NCBI GenBank assembly: GCA_003229495.1
Contig: QIEB01000489.1
Coordinates: forward strand, 1-39,277
Reading direction: 5' to 3'
Length of the DNA: 39,277 bases
From: Flammeovirgaceae bacterium
GTDB lineage: Bacteria; Bacteroidota; Bacteroidia; Cytophagales; Cyclobacteriaceae
The notes beneath the pieces are model-generated. The model was not told where the DNA came from. It saw only the letters and a program-made list of their open reading frames with translations, and made no database searches. The position numbers and the translations under genes are program-made. Shown one piece after another: positions 1 to 9,130 of this stretch (position 1 is its first letter; every line of letters starts with the position of its first letter).

Positions 1-216
1 GAAATCAACAAATTCCGCAATAAAATGAGGAAAGCTCATTTAAAAAGTATTGAAAAAAAAGAGTATTCTTTGAAAAGTGGAATTACTTACAATGAAATTT
101 TTTTACTTCTGGAGCGTGCTGCCAATCACGTTTTGAATGTTACCAGAGCCATAACAGGAGAAGTAAGCAAAGATGACGAAGACGAATCGATGCCCCATGC
201 CGCTATGGATAGATAA
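1..216 (+). CDS. 3' end of a gene cut by the window edge; PhoU-like C-terminal helix of the kind found at the end of Na/Pi-cotransporter family proteins (tentative)
   Basis: Frame 1 is open from base 1 (EINKFRNKMRKAHL...) to the stop at 214-216. The segment LLLERAANHVLNVTRAI resembles the E-x-x-g-d-H-x-x-N-v helix of PhoU-like domains. Motif memory only. Confidence 0.35.
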   Translation, partial: EINKFRNKMRKAHLKSIEKKEYSLKSGITYNEIFLLLERAANHVLNVTRAITGEVSKDDEDESMPHAAMDR

Positions 217-357
217 ACCGGTCAATCACTATTTTTTCAGGTAAGAATCTAAAAAACTCCCGCAATAGGGACTGCTATTTTTTATGGCCATGAAATTTTT
301 TTGTTTCGTATGCATTAATAAGTATATTAATCGGTTACCACTTAAACCTACCTTCTG

Positions 358-2130
358 TTGGAATTGCCTGCCCTGGCGGTAATCGCCATAATCATTGTAA
401 TGATCTTCTGTTTTATAACAGAAGTGATCCCTATTGACACCACCGCACTATTGGTAATGACGGTGTTGATTTCCACCGGCCTGGTCACTCCGCTGGAAGG
501 AATTTCGGGTTTTGCCAATGAAGCCACCATTACCATTTTGGCTCTTTTTATTATCGGGGCCGGCCTTGACAACTCTGGAGCAATCAATTATCTGGGTAAA
601 AAACTACAGCGGTTTTTTCTAAATGATGAATGGCTGGTAATAGCTATGGTCATGCTGCTAGTGGGTTTCCTATCTGCTTTCATGAATAATACTGCCATTG
701 TTGTGGTATTTATGCCCATACTTCTAAGAATCTCAAGAGTGACAAACTTAAGCTCAAATCGCCTGCTAATGACACTTTCATTTGCGGCCATGATGGGTGG
801 GGCTACCACAGTGATAGGTACTTCTACCAATTTACTGGTAAGCAGTTTAGCCTCTCAAAGTGGGATTGAAGAATTTAAGATCTTTGAATTCACTGGCTTG
901 GGGGTGTTGCTCTTTTTGGGGTTTTTCATATTCATGCTGACCATTGGGCGCTTTTTAATCCCCATAAGGAAACCTTCTACATTATCCAGCACTTATCAAC
1001 TGAAAGACTTTGTGACAGAATTTGTGGTGCCTGAGGCCTCTCCTTTAGTTGGGAAAACGCTGCGAAGTCTACCTTTTTTTAACGATCCTGATGTAACGGT
1101 AATTGAAGTAATAAGGGAGGGTAAAACCCTATGGTTACCTCGAGGTAACGAAATAATGCTGGCACATGATACCATTCTTATCAAAGGAGGTGTGGATGAT
1201 ATCGTCAATATCAAGTCCTTGCAAGGGCTCACTTTTCCTGAAGACTTCAGCCAGATTGACCGTGACCTGGAAAGTGGAGAGCTGGTACTGGCAGAAGTAA
1301 TGGTACTGCCAAGTTCAAAAATTGTTGGCCGTAAAATGAAGCGGATCGCTTTCAATGAGATATACAACGCCGTACCTCTGGCAGTTAAGAAAAAGGGAGG
1401 AGTATATTCAGGTAAACAGGCTAACTACAGGCCTGAAATAGGTGACACCATACTTTTAGAGACACAAAAAAATAATTTGGGCTTTCTAAATAACCATCAG
1501 GACCTTGGAGTGTTATATGAGCATAGCAGACAAATATTTGATAGCCGGAAGATAATTTTTTCCTTTCTGGTAGTAGTATTGGTGGTGCTATTGGCTGCGC
1601 TGGATCTGGTACCCATACTAACCAGTAGTTTGATAGGCTGCGTTCTCATGTTACTTTCGAAAAATGTGAGTTTGCAAAAAGCTTATCAGTTTGTTGAATG
1701 GAAGATAATTTTTCTATTGGCAGGACTTCTGCCGCTAGGTATTGCCATTCATAATACCGGCTTGGATCGTATTGTTGGGGATTTGATTTACAATCTCACC
1801 GAAGACTGGCCCGTTCAGCTGACAATTTCATTTCTATTTCTAATCACGGTATTGTTAACCAGTGTAATCTCCAATCAAGCTACCGCCATTCTGCTGGTAC
1901 CAGTGGCCATATCTTTGGCTACGGACATGGGTATGGCCCCCAAACCATTCCTGCTAACCGTCCTTTTTGCAGCAAGTACCTCATTCATAACTCCTATTGG
2001 GTATCAAACTAATCTATTGATATACGGTGCCGGCAATTTTAAATTTACGGACTTTGTTAAAGTGGGAGGTATATTGACATTGCTTATTTGGTTGCTGGCA
2101 TCATTTCTAATACCCCTATTTTACTTCTAA
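358..2130 (+). CDS. SLC13/DASS (CitT/ArsB-superfamily) anion permease with two central TrkA-C (RCK_C) domains
   Basis: 590 aa. The N- and C-terminal halves are strongly hydrophobic and multi-TM. They flank a soluble region of about 200 aa with two similar segments (VVPEASPLVGKTLRSL...VTVIEVIREGK and LAEVMVLPSSKIVGRKMKRI...), typical of TrkA-C. The ORF-track start is TTG at 358, so the true start is uncertain. Confidence 0.8.
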   Translation: MELPALAVIAIIIVMIFCFITEVIPIDTTALLVMTVLISTGLVTPLEGISGFANEATITILALFIIGAGLDNSGAINYLGKKLQRFFLNDEWLVIAMVMLLVGFLSAFMNNTAIVVVFMPILLRISRVTNLSSNRLLMTLSFAAMMGGATTVIGTSTNLLVSSLASQSGIEEFKIFEFTGLGVLLFLGFFIFMLTIGRFLIPIRKPSTLSSTYQLKDFVTEFVVPEASPLVGKTLRSLPFFNDPDVTVIEVIREGKTLWLPRGNEIMLAHDTILIKGGVDDIVNIKSLQGLTFPEDFSQIDRDLESGELVLAEVMVLPSSKIVGRKMKRIAFNEIYNAVPLAVKKKGGVYSGKQANYRPEIGDTILLETQKNNLGFLNNHQDLGVLYEHSRQIFDSRKIIFSFLVVVLVVLLAALDLVPILTSSLIGCVLMLLSKNVSLQKAYQFVEWKIIFLLAGLLPLGIAIHNTGLDRIVGDLIYNLTEDWPVQLTISFLFLITVLLTSVISNQATAILLVPVAISLATDMGMAPKPFLLTVLFAASTSFITPIGYQTNLLIYGAGNFKFTDFVKVGGILTLLIWLLASFLIPLFYF

Positions 2131-3323
2131 CGGCTCAACTTGAGTTCGCTTACGGCTAACCAAGCCATCAACCCCGATCCTACCTCCAGCGCATCCTCAT
2201 CAATATCAAATGTGGTGGTATGCACCGGTGAGCATATACCTTTTGTTTCGTTTCTAACTCCCAGTCTATAAAAACAGGCATCTACTTTTTGAGAATAAAA
2301 TGCAAAGTCCTCTGCGGCCATCCAAATGTCTACATCCAGGACATTCTCCTTTCCAAGATACGCTTCTGCCTGCATCTTAGTCCGGTTGGTTAGCTCGGGG
2401 TGATTTTCCAAGTATGGGTAACCATGTAAGATGTTGACCTCGCAGCTACCACCCATTGCCTCGGCTGTGCCATTGGCAATTTTCCGGATCAATTGTTTGG
2501 CCTGGTCCCTCCATTTTTCGTCCATAGTACGGAAGGTACCCTCCAATTTTACTGTATTCGGAATTACATTGGTAGCGCCTTCAGCCATTATTCTTCCAAA
2601 GGATAATACCGATGGCATTGTTGGATCTGCATTCCGGCTGACCACTTGTTGCAAGGCCACGACCAGGTGGCTGGCAATTAAAACGGGGTCAATATTCAGA
2701 TTGGGCATCGCTCCATGGCCACCTTTACCCTTCACAGTGATGTATATCTCATCGGAGCTGGCCATGTATATCCCTTGCCTAAATCCAACCTTACCGGAAT
2801 CTATCAAAGGCATTACATGTTGTCCAATGATTTGATGCACTTCAGGATTCTGTAGCACACCATCTTTTATCATAAGAGTCGCACCTCCCGGGATCTTCTC
2901 CTCGCCGGGTTGGAATATTAGTTTAACAGTCCCTTCAAATGAGCCCTTTACTTTGTTGAGTATATTTGCCGTCCCCAAAAGACTTGAAGTATGGACGTCA
3001 TGCCCGCAGGCATGCATCACTCCTGGATTAGTAGATTTATAGGGCACCTCATTGGATTCTTCAATAGGTAAGGCATCCATGTCAGCCCGTAATGCCAGGG
3101 TCTTTTTCCCGGGATTTTGCCCATGGACATAGGCAACTACCCCAGTATCTGCCATCTTTATAGGCTCTAATCCGTAGGACCGCAGTTTTTCAGCTACAAA
3201 GGATGCCGTTTTTACTTCCTGGAATGACAACTCGGGGTGTGCGTGAAGGTGTCTGCGAAACCCAACCAGTTCACCAGCCTGCTCAGCCGCCTGCTCTTTG
3301 ATGGTTTCTTTTAAAACAGTCAT
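2127..3323 (-). CDS. M20D-family amidohydrolase (N-acyl-L-amino-acid amidohydrolase / hippurate hydrolase-like)
   Basis: 398 aa. Motifs RRHLHAHPELSFQE, ALRADMDALP, MHACGHDVH and FQPGEE are characteristic of peptidase M20D. The ATGA overlap with the upstream SPOR gene suggests translational coupling. Confidence 0.85.
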   Translation of the reverse strand: MTVLKETIKEQAAEQAGELVGFRRHLHAHPELSFQEVKTASFVAEKLRSYGLEPIKMADTGVVAYVHGQNPGKKTLALRADMDALPIEESNEVPYKSTNPGVMHACGHDVHTSSLLGTANILNKVKGSFEGTVKLIFQPGEEKIPGGATLMIKDGVLQNPEVHQIIGQHVMPLIDSGKVGFRQGIYMASSDEIYITVKGKGGHGAMPNLNIDPVLIASHLVVALQQVVSRNADPTMPSVLSFGRIMAEGATNVIPNTVKLEGTFRTMDEKWRDQAKQLIRKIANGTAEAMGGSCEVNILHGYPYLENHPELTNRTKMQAEAYLGKENVLDVDIWMAAEDFAFYSQKVDACFYRLGVRNETKGICSPVHTTTFDIDEDALEVGSGLMAWLAVSELKLSR

Positions 3324-3811
3324 CTCAACCTGATTTTGGAAGGTATTACGATGGCATCAGGAAACACTTTAAGTAACTCTGCATAGACATTTTGGGCTTC
3401 TAGTCTATCACCAAATTCTCCTATCCGGACTTTATATATAGGCTGCTCGTATTTTGTTTCCGGCCTGGATTTGGGTAAGGTCTTATATACTTGCGCCTTA
3501 GCTTGTGAAGCCTGTTCACGACTGGTACCCGAATATACTTGAATGGTAAACCCTGGTGCGGTTCTGGATGTACTATTATAGCTGGTAATGTCTCTTAACT
3601 TGTTATCAATTTCAACCGTTTGGTCATGGCCGGGGGTCACATCCTCTATCTTTTCTTCTATTGGGTCCTCCTCTGCATCATCGACCACTATCCGAGGTCT
3701 TTGGGAGGAAAGGTCTTCGTTGTAACTAGTGTTAGAGGTAGAAGGAGATAATAGTGAGCACCCCGCAATACCTATAAAAACAACCATCCAAAAGTATCTC
3801 AACAAATTCAT
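3320..3811 (-). CDS. SPOR-domain lipoprotein
   Basis: Signal peptide plus lipobox (MNLLRYFWMVVFIGIAGC). The C-terminal segment FTIQVYSGTSREQASQAKAQV...YKVRIGEFGDRLEAQNVYAELL matches the SPOR peptidoglycan-binding fold pattern. I prefer the internal Met at 3811 to the ORF-track start at 3841. Confidence 0.7.
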   Translation of the reverse strand: MNLLRYFWMVVFIGIAGCSLLSPSTSNTSYNEDLSSQRPRIVVDDAEEDPIEEKIEDVTPGHDQTVEIDNKLRDITSYNSTSRTAPGFTIQVYSGTSREQASQAKAQVYKTLPKSRPETKYEQPIYKVRIGEFGDRLEAQNVYAELLKVFPDAIVIPSKIRLR

Positions 3812-3819
3812 TTCACCCT

Positions 3820-6800
3820 TCAATCCTCTAAAAGAACACATCTGTTATTTACTATATCGTCTTCCACGGTTTTGAACTTAACGTCTTTCTTTACATTACC
3901 ATCTACGTATTGTACAGAAACCCTTTGATTCCGTCCGGCTACCTTGGTAGATTTCACTGGCATAGTTTTTTCTGCTGGTGGCCTGTTTCTGGTATCCGGA
4001 CCGCGGCCACTTAATAAAGATTCACTAACTGCTTTTGACTCTTGCAATCTTTGTCTGGTTCTTGGCTCTCTAGCCTCCTGAACTTCATTGGATTCCTGCA
4101 CCGGAAGATCGGCGTGCATTAAAAATGTATTTGTGTCTTCATTTACTTTAGCAATAAACCTTTTAAACAGCTCAAAAGCCTCAAATTTATAAATAAGTAA
4201 CGGATCCTTTTGTTCATAAACAGCGTTTTGCACAGATTGCTTCAGATCGTCCATCTCACGCAAATGTTCTTTCCAAGCCTGGTCGATAAAGGCCAGGATT
4301 ACCATTTTCTCCATGGAAATGATCAATTCCTTACAATTGGTATTTAGGTTCTGCTCCAGGTTGGTGACTACTCCGATCTGCTTTTTCCTATCCGTAAAAG
4401 GGACCATAATATTGTCCACTGTGGCACCACGTTCTTTTTGAATGCTTTGAAAAATAGGATATGCCTTTTCACTAATAGCATTATTCTTTTGCCGATAGTG
4501 ATCATAAGCAGTTTCATATAGTTGCTCCGAGAGCACCGCAAAATCGATCTTGAGAAAATCTTCTTTACTGATTTGATAGTCAAGGGCCAGTATCCCCAAG
4601 ACATTCAATTTGAAGCCGTCATAGTCCTCCGCATCTTTGGTGTTCAGCACCACATCCTCACAGGTATCATAAATCATATTCATGATATCGAGCTGCAAAC
4701 GGTCGCCAAAAAGAGCGTTTCTTCTCCTTCTATAGATCACTTCACGCTGTGAATTCATCACATCGTCATACTCCAGCAACCGTTTTCTTATAGCGAAATT
4801 ATTTTCTTCTACCTTCTTCTGTGCACGTTCAATGGATTTAGAAATCATGCTGTGCTGGATTACCTCCCCTTCTTCTAAACCCATGCGGTCCATTAGCTTG
4901 GCGATCCTATCTGATCCGAACAAACGCATAAGATTGTCCTCCAACGAGACAAAGAACTGTGAACTTCCAGGGTCTCCCTGCCTACCGGACCTTCCTCTTA
5001 ACTGACGATCAACCCGGCGACTTTCGTGGCGCTCTGTTCCTATGATCGCCAGACCACCGGCCTCTCTGGATTCCTTTGCTAATTTTATATCAGTACCTCG
5101 CCCAGCCATGTTAGTAGCGATGGTAACATTACCTGAATGACCTGCACTAGCTACTACTTCGGCTTCTCGCTGGTGCTGTTTGGCATTAAGTACCTGGTGT
5201 TCAATATTACGCATGCTGAGCATTCTGCTAAGCAACTCAGATATTTCAACAGAAGTGGTACCTACCAGTACCGGCCTTCCCTCACGGGTAAGCTCATGAA
5301 TCTCCGCGGCTACAGCGTTGTACTTCTCGCGTACAGTTTTGTATACTTTATCATGGCGGTCGTCCCTAATTACAGGTTCATTGGTAGGTATCACCACTAC
5401 ATCGAGCTTATAGATCTCCCAAAACTCTCCGGCTTCGGTTTCGGCGGTACCGGTCATTCCGGCCAACTTGTGGTACATCCGGAAATAATTCTGTAGAGTA
5501 ATGGTGGCATAGGTTTGCGTGGCATCCTCAACTTTTACGTTTTCTTTGGCCTCAATGGCCTGGTGTAATCCATCGGAATAACGCCGTCCTTCCATTACCC
5601 GCCCAGTTTGCTCATCCACGATCTTAATCTTCCCATCTACCAGAATGTACTCCACGTCTTTTTCAAACAGAGTATAGGCTTTGAGTAATTGGTTAGTGGA
5701 ATGAATCCGTTGCGCTTTCTCGGAATAATCCCTGATAAGGTTATCCTTTTTTATCAAAAGGTCCTTTTCCTTAAGACTTTCATCGTTTTCCAAAGCAGCA
5801 ATTTCTTCACCAATGTCTGGAAGAATAAAGAATTTTGGATCTTCACCCTCCCCAGTAATAAGATCAATACCCCGTTCTGTTAACTCAATATTGTTGTTTT
5901 TCTCATCAATGGTGAAATAAAGCGGCTCATCGGCTTCAGGCATCATTTTTTGATTATCCTGAAGATAATAGTTTTCTGTTTTCTGCAGGATCTGGCGCAT
6001 ACCTGTCTCGCTGAGGTATTTTATTAGCGGTTTGTGTTTTGGTAAACCACGGTACACCCTGAATAAAGGCAGTCCTCCATCCTTCTCACCGTCGGAAGCT
6101 ATCAACTTCTTAGCCTCCAGCAGGTATTGTGCCGCCAGTTTTTTCTGTGCATCGACCAACTTGGCTATTCGTGGCTTCAAGTCATAAAATTCATGCTCAT
6201 CTCCCTTCGGGATGGGGCCTGAAATTATCAGCGGAGTCCTGGCATCATCGATCAGCACCGAGTCCACCTCATCGATCATGGTAAAATGATGCTTACGCTG
6301 TACCAGTTCCTTCGGGTCACGAGCCATATTGTCCCTTAGGTAGTCAAATCCAAACTCGTTATTGGTGCCGTAAGTTATATGTGCCTGGTATGCTTTCCTT
6401 CTTTCCTCTGAATTAGGTTGGTGCTTGTCAATGCAATCTACGGAGAGTCCATGGAACTGAAAGATTGGCGCCATCCACTCACTATCCCTGGTAGCCAAAT
6501 AATTATTTACGGTAACGATGTGCACACCCCTGTCAGTCAGTGCATTTAAGAATGCTGGGAGTGTGGCCACCAGGGTTTTACCTTCACCCGTTCCCATCTC
6601 GGCAATCGTTCCCTGATGTAAGACAATGCCACCAATGAGCTGCACATCATAATGTAGCATGTCCCATATAATTTCGCTCCCACCGGCAATCCATTTGTTA
6701 TGCCAAATAGCCTGTGATCCCTGAATCTCAACATTATCAACATTAGAAGCCAGCGCTTTATCTTCAATGGTGGCAGTTACTGTCAGTGTATGGTTATCTT

Positions 6801-7179
6801 TAAATCTTCGGGCGGTTTCCTTTACCACGGCAAAGGCTTGAGGTAATACTTCCATCAGCACCTCTTCCAAGGACTCGTTTCGATCTTCCTCCATGGCATC
6901 TATCCCTTTGAATACCTCCTCCTTTTCATGGATATCCATATCAGGATTATCTGTAACCTGCTTGTTCAATGCTACAATTCCTGCATCAATTTCGGCAAGG
7001 GCTGCGGTGATGGTTTCTCTTATTTTCCTGGTTTCATTCCGTAGATCATCATCGCTTATATTTTCAAAGGACTGGTAAATCTCATTGATCTGTCCTACAT
7101 AGGGTAGGACCTTCTTAATATCTTTATCTGATTTGGTTCCAAAGATCCTGGCAAATCCTTTGCTGACTAAATCTAACAT
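3820..7179 (-). CDS. secA: preprotein translocase ATPase SecA
   Basis: Canonical N-terminus MLDLVSKGFARIFGTKSDKDIKK, Walker A MGTGEGKTLVATLP, DEVDSVLIDDARTPLIISG, TGMTGTA, TNMAGRGTDI. The start is moved to Met21 of the ORF-track product (ATG at 7177-7179). Confidence 0.97.
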   Translation of the reverse strand: MLDLVSKGFARIFGTKSDKDIKKVLPYVGQINEIYQSFENISDDDLRNETRKIRETITAALAEIDAGIVALNKQVTDNPDMDIHEKEEVFKGIDAMEEDRNESLEEVLMEVLPQAFAVVKETARRFKDNHTLTVTATIEDKALASNVDNVEIQGSQAIWHNKWIAGGSEIIWDMLHYDVQLIGGIVLHQGTIAEMGTGEGKTLVATLPAFLNALTDRGVHIVTVNNYLATRDSEWMAPIFQFHGLSVDCIDKHQPNSEERRKAYQAHITYGTNNEFGFDYLRDNMARDPKELVQRKHHFTMIDEVDSVLIDDARTPLIISGPIPKGDEHEFYDLKPRIAKLVDAQKKLAAQYLLEAKKLIASDGEKDGGLPLFRVYRGLPKHKPLIKYLSETGMRQILQKTENYYLQDNQKMMPEADEPLYFTIDEKNNNIELTERGIDLITGEGEDPKFFILPDIGEEIAALENDESLKEKDLLIKKDNLIRDYSEKAQRIHSTNQLLKAYTLFEKDVEYILVDGKIKIVDEQTGRVMEGRRYSDGLHQAIEAKENVKVEDATQTYATITLQNYFRMYHKLAGMTGTAETEAGEFWEIYKLDVVVIPTNEPVIRDDRHDKVYKTVREKYNAVAAEIHELTREGRPVLVGTTSVEISELLSRMLSMRNIEHQVLNAKQHQREAEVVASAGHSGNVTIATNMAGRGTDIKLAKESREAGGLAIIGTERHESRRVDRQLRGRSGRQGDPGSSQFFVSLEDNLMRLFGSDRIAKLMDRMGLEEGEVIQHSMISKSIERAQKKVEENNFAIRKRLLEYDDVMNSQREVIYRRRRNALFGDRLQLDIMNMIYDTCEDVVLNTKDAEDYDGFKLNVLGILALDYQISKEDFLKIDFAVLSEQLYETAYDHYRQKNNAISEKAYPIFQSIQKERGATVDNIMVPFTDRKKQIGVVTNLEQNLNTNCKELIISMEKMVILAFIDQAWKEHLREMDDLKQSVQNAVYEQKDPLLIYKFEAFELFKRFIAKVNEDTNTFLMHADLPVQESNEVQEAREPRTRQRLQESKAVSESLLSGRGPDTRNRPPAEKTMPVKSTKVAGRNQRVSVQYVDGNVKKDVKFKTVEDDIVNNRCVLLED

Positions 7180-7300
7180 GGTAAAAAATGTTAATTCCTT
7201 AAATTTAACCGGATTTTTATGTAATACTGAAAGAGGCACACAAAAACTGTACTACGGTAGATACAATATGTCAAAATGGCGGAATTCATCAGATGGTGTA

Positions 7301-8074
7301 TTAAAAATCAAGTACCCCTTCAAACACCTTTTCTGCTGGGCCACTCAAATACACCTCCCTGTAACATCCATCTGAATGCCTGTCAAATGAGACTTGTAGC
7401 TTTCCTCCCGCCGTTTTAATGTCCACAGGGCTTTCAAAACCCCTGTCGCCCATCACCAAAGCAACAGCGGTCACACCGGTTCCACATGACATAGTTTCGT
7501 CTTCAACGCCTCTTTCATAAGTGCGAACCACAATCTCGCCGGCTTGAGGTTCTACAAAATTAACATTAGTACCCTGGGGCTGATACTTTGGACTATTGCG
7601 AATGGTCCTCCCTTCATGAACTACATCCACCATAGACACTTTGGGAACCATTTTAACATGGTGCGGAGATCCTGTATTGATAAAATACTCTTCCCCTGTC
7701 TGGGAGAGGGCCTCAACATCCTGCATTTTAATAAATACACGGTCGCGTTCAATATGGCCCTCATGAGAGCCATCAACAGCAAGGAAAGTGCAAATATCGC
7801 CTACCAAGCCCAAAGAATTAGCAAATTTCACTGCACATCGACTCCCGTTTCCGCACAAACTCTGTGAACCATCAGGGTTGAAATACAACATTTCGAAATC
7901 ATACTCATCATGTTCTCTAATCAATATAACTCCGTCCGCCCCAATACCAAACTTTCTATTACACCACGAACTGATCAAATCAAGACGAGTCTCATCGAAT
8001 GATTGTTCCCTATCGTCAATCATTATGAAGTCATTCCCAGTACCCTGGTATTTGTGAAACTCTATTTGAGCCAT
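7301..8074 (-). CDS. dapF: diaminopimelate epimerase
   Basis: MAQIEFHKYQGTGNDFIMID plus the two catalytic Cys motifs (SLCGNGSRC and MSCGTGVTA). The start is taken at Met8 of the ORF-track product. Confidence 0.93.
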   Translation of the reverse strand: MAQIEFHKYQGTGNDFIMIDDREQSFDETRLDLISSWCNRKFGIGADGVILIREHDEYDFEMLYFNPDGSQSLCGNGSRCAVKFANSLGLVGDICTFLAVDGSHEGHIERDRVFIKMQDVEALSQTGEEYFINTGSPHHVKMVPKVSMVDVVHEGRTIRNSPKYQPQGTNVNFVEPQAGEIVVRTYERGVEDETMSCGTGVTAVALVMGDRGFESPVDIKTAGGKLQVSFDRHSDGCYREVYLSGPAEKVFEGVLDF

Positions 8075-8125
8075 AGCGCAAAGATAAAATACCACCCGGT
8101 TATTAGGTGAAATTAGATGAGTTTT

Positions 8126-8434
8126 CTAGTCCGTTAGTGAATAATCAAACACTTGAACACGATCCCAGAGGTGCTCACAGGCTTCAATAAAACGAAGGTG
8201 CACTGTGTGGGTCTGATACACCTCATGATCATCCATGCTCTCGAAGATGGTTTGATAGGAAAATGCAAAACTGTGGTCCACCACCTCCCTGAGTGGCGTA
8301 GATGCTGGAATGCCAATGTGACCTGATTTTATGGTCTCAATAGTTAGTAGATTTTCCAATCCCTTCTTCAATTGATCCCGGGCATCACTGCTTTGAGGGT
8401 CTTTTAACCAGAAATAAACCTGATGAATTATCAT
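8126..8434 (-). CDS. Dabb (stress-responsive alpha/beta-barrel) family protein
   Basis: 102 aa. Typical Dabb length and pattern: IHQVYFWLKD...HSFAFSYQTIFESMDDHEVYQTHTVH. Confidence 0.65.
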   Translation of the reverse strand: MIIHQVYFWLKDPQSSDARDQLKKGLENLLTIETIKSGHIGIPASTPLREVVDHSFAFSYQTIFESMDDHEVYQTHTVHLRFIEACEHLWDRVQVFDYSLTD

Positions 8435-8461
8435 GTGTTAGAATTAACGATGGACGATTTT

Positions 8462-8512
8462 GAATGAACAATTAACATTCCCAAATTCGAATGTTCTATT
8501 GTTCTATTGTTC
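8462..8512. repeat. imperfect inverted repeat built from AATGTT / ATTGTTC words
   Basis: gaacaattaacattc (8466-8480) pairs with gaatgttctattgttc (8489-8504) as 7+7 bp around a bulge. ttctattg is then repeated in tandem. Confidence 0.7.
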
Positions 8513-8514
8513 CC

Positions 8515-8550
8515 ACAAAAAAGGCCTGCTCTTATCGAACAGGCCTTTGA
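8515..8550 (-). terminator. rho-independent terminator downstream of rplS
   Basis: On the minus strand: aaaggcctg-ttcgataagag-caggccttt followed by tttttt. It lies 20 nt after the rplS stop. Confidence 0.8.
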
Positions 8551-8569
8551 TCTATAATAAATATTTAAC

Positions 8570-8923
8570 CTAGATTTTCTCTTTAATTCTTGCGGCTTTT
8601 CCTTGTCTTCCCCTGAGGTAAAAGAGTCTGGCCCTTCTTACTTTTCCTTTTCTGATCAACTCAATTTGGTCAATATTTGGACTTAGAATGGGGAAAATAC
8701 GTTCAATTCCGATTCCGTTAGACACTTTCCTTACAGTAAAAGTTTCTCCGTTGGTATTGGAATTTTTCCGCTGAATCACAGTACCGCGAAACTGCTGTAC
8801 TCTTTCTTTGTTGCCCTCTCTGATCTTAACGTGCACATTTACTGTGTCACCAGCTTTAAAGTCAGGATGCTTGCTCCTTGCTTCTGCGTACTCACTTTCC
8901 ACCAATTTTATCAAATCACTCAT
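8570..8923 (-). CDS. rplS: 50S ribosomal protein L19
   Basis: Typical L19 sequence: [29 protein letters not shown]...FTVRK...[11 protein letters not shown]. The start is taken at MSDLIKLVE (8923) because a -7 box at 8949-8956 would put the transcription start downstream of the 8938 ATG. Confidence 0.93.
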   Translation of the reverse strand: MSDLIKLVESEYAEARSKHPDFKAGDTVNVHVKIREGNKERVQQFRGTVIQRKNSNTNGETFTVRKVSNGIGIERIFPILSPNIDQIELIRKGKVRRARLFYLRGRQGKAARIKEKI

Positions 8924-8948
8924 GTCACTAGCTTTCAAAAACGGACTG

Positions 8949-8956
8949 CAAATATA
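8949..8956 (-). promoter_or_regulatory. candidate Bacteroidetes -7 promoter box (TATATTTG) for rplS
   Basis: The minus strand reads TAtaTTTG, an exact match to the TAnnTTTG consensus, about 25 nt upstream of the 8923 ATG. Confidence 0.4.
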
Positions 8957-8970
8957 GGCATATTCTTTTT

Positions 8971-9006
8971 GAATTATAAATTATGAGTTATGAATTATAA
9001 GTTAAG
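8971..9006. repeat. AT-rich stutter repeat (ATTATGA / ATTATAA words)
   Basis: gaattataaattatgagttatgaattataagttaag. A near-identical 20-mer (ttataaattatgaNttatga) recurs at 11769-11788. Confidence 0.75.
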
Positions 9007-9065
9007 TTTGAGTTTGCAAGGCGAGTTCCTTCGGGAAACGCCCAAGTTTGGTGCATTGTAGGCTT

Positions 9066-9130
9066 CTAATGTTCAATTGTTCCCTTGTTCTAATGTTCAA
9101 TTGTTCGCTTGTTCGCTTGTTCCCTTGTTC
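9066..9130. repeat. composite tandem repeat (2 x ctaatgttcaattgttc, then (g/c)cttgttc x4)
   Basis: ctaatgttcaattgttc occurs at 9066-9082 and 9090-9106 (24-bp period). 8-bp units ccttgttc/gcttgttc run up to 9130. The block overlaps the 3' end of trmD. Confidence 0.85.

Noticed and set aside
7180-7239. N-terminal extensions proposed by the ORF track for secA (7239), sucA (12126), the ASST-like gene (22479), the ACAD-like gene (21052), dapF (8095), rplS (8938) and the SPOR gene (3841).
   Set aside because: In each case an internal ATG coincides with the conserved family N-terminus or with a signal peptide/lipobox. The upstream extension is unconserved-looking sequence that would bury the signal peptide or overlap promoter elements.
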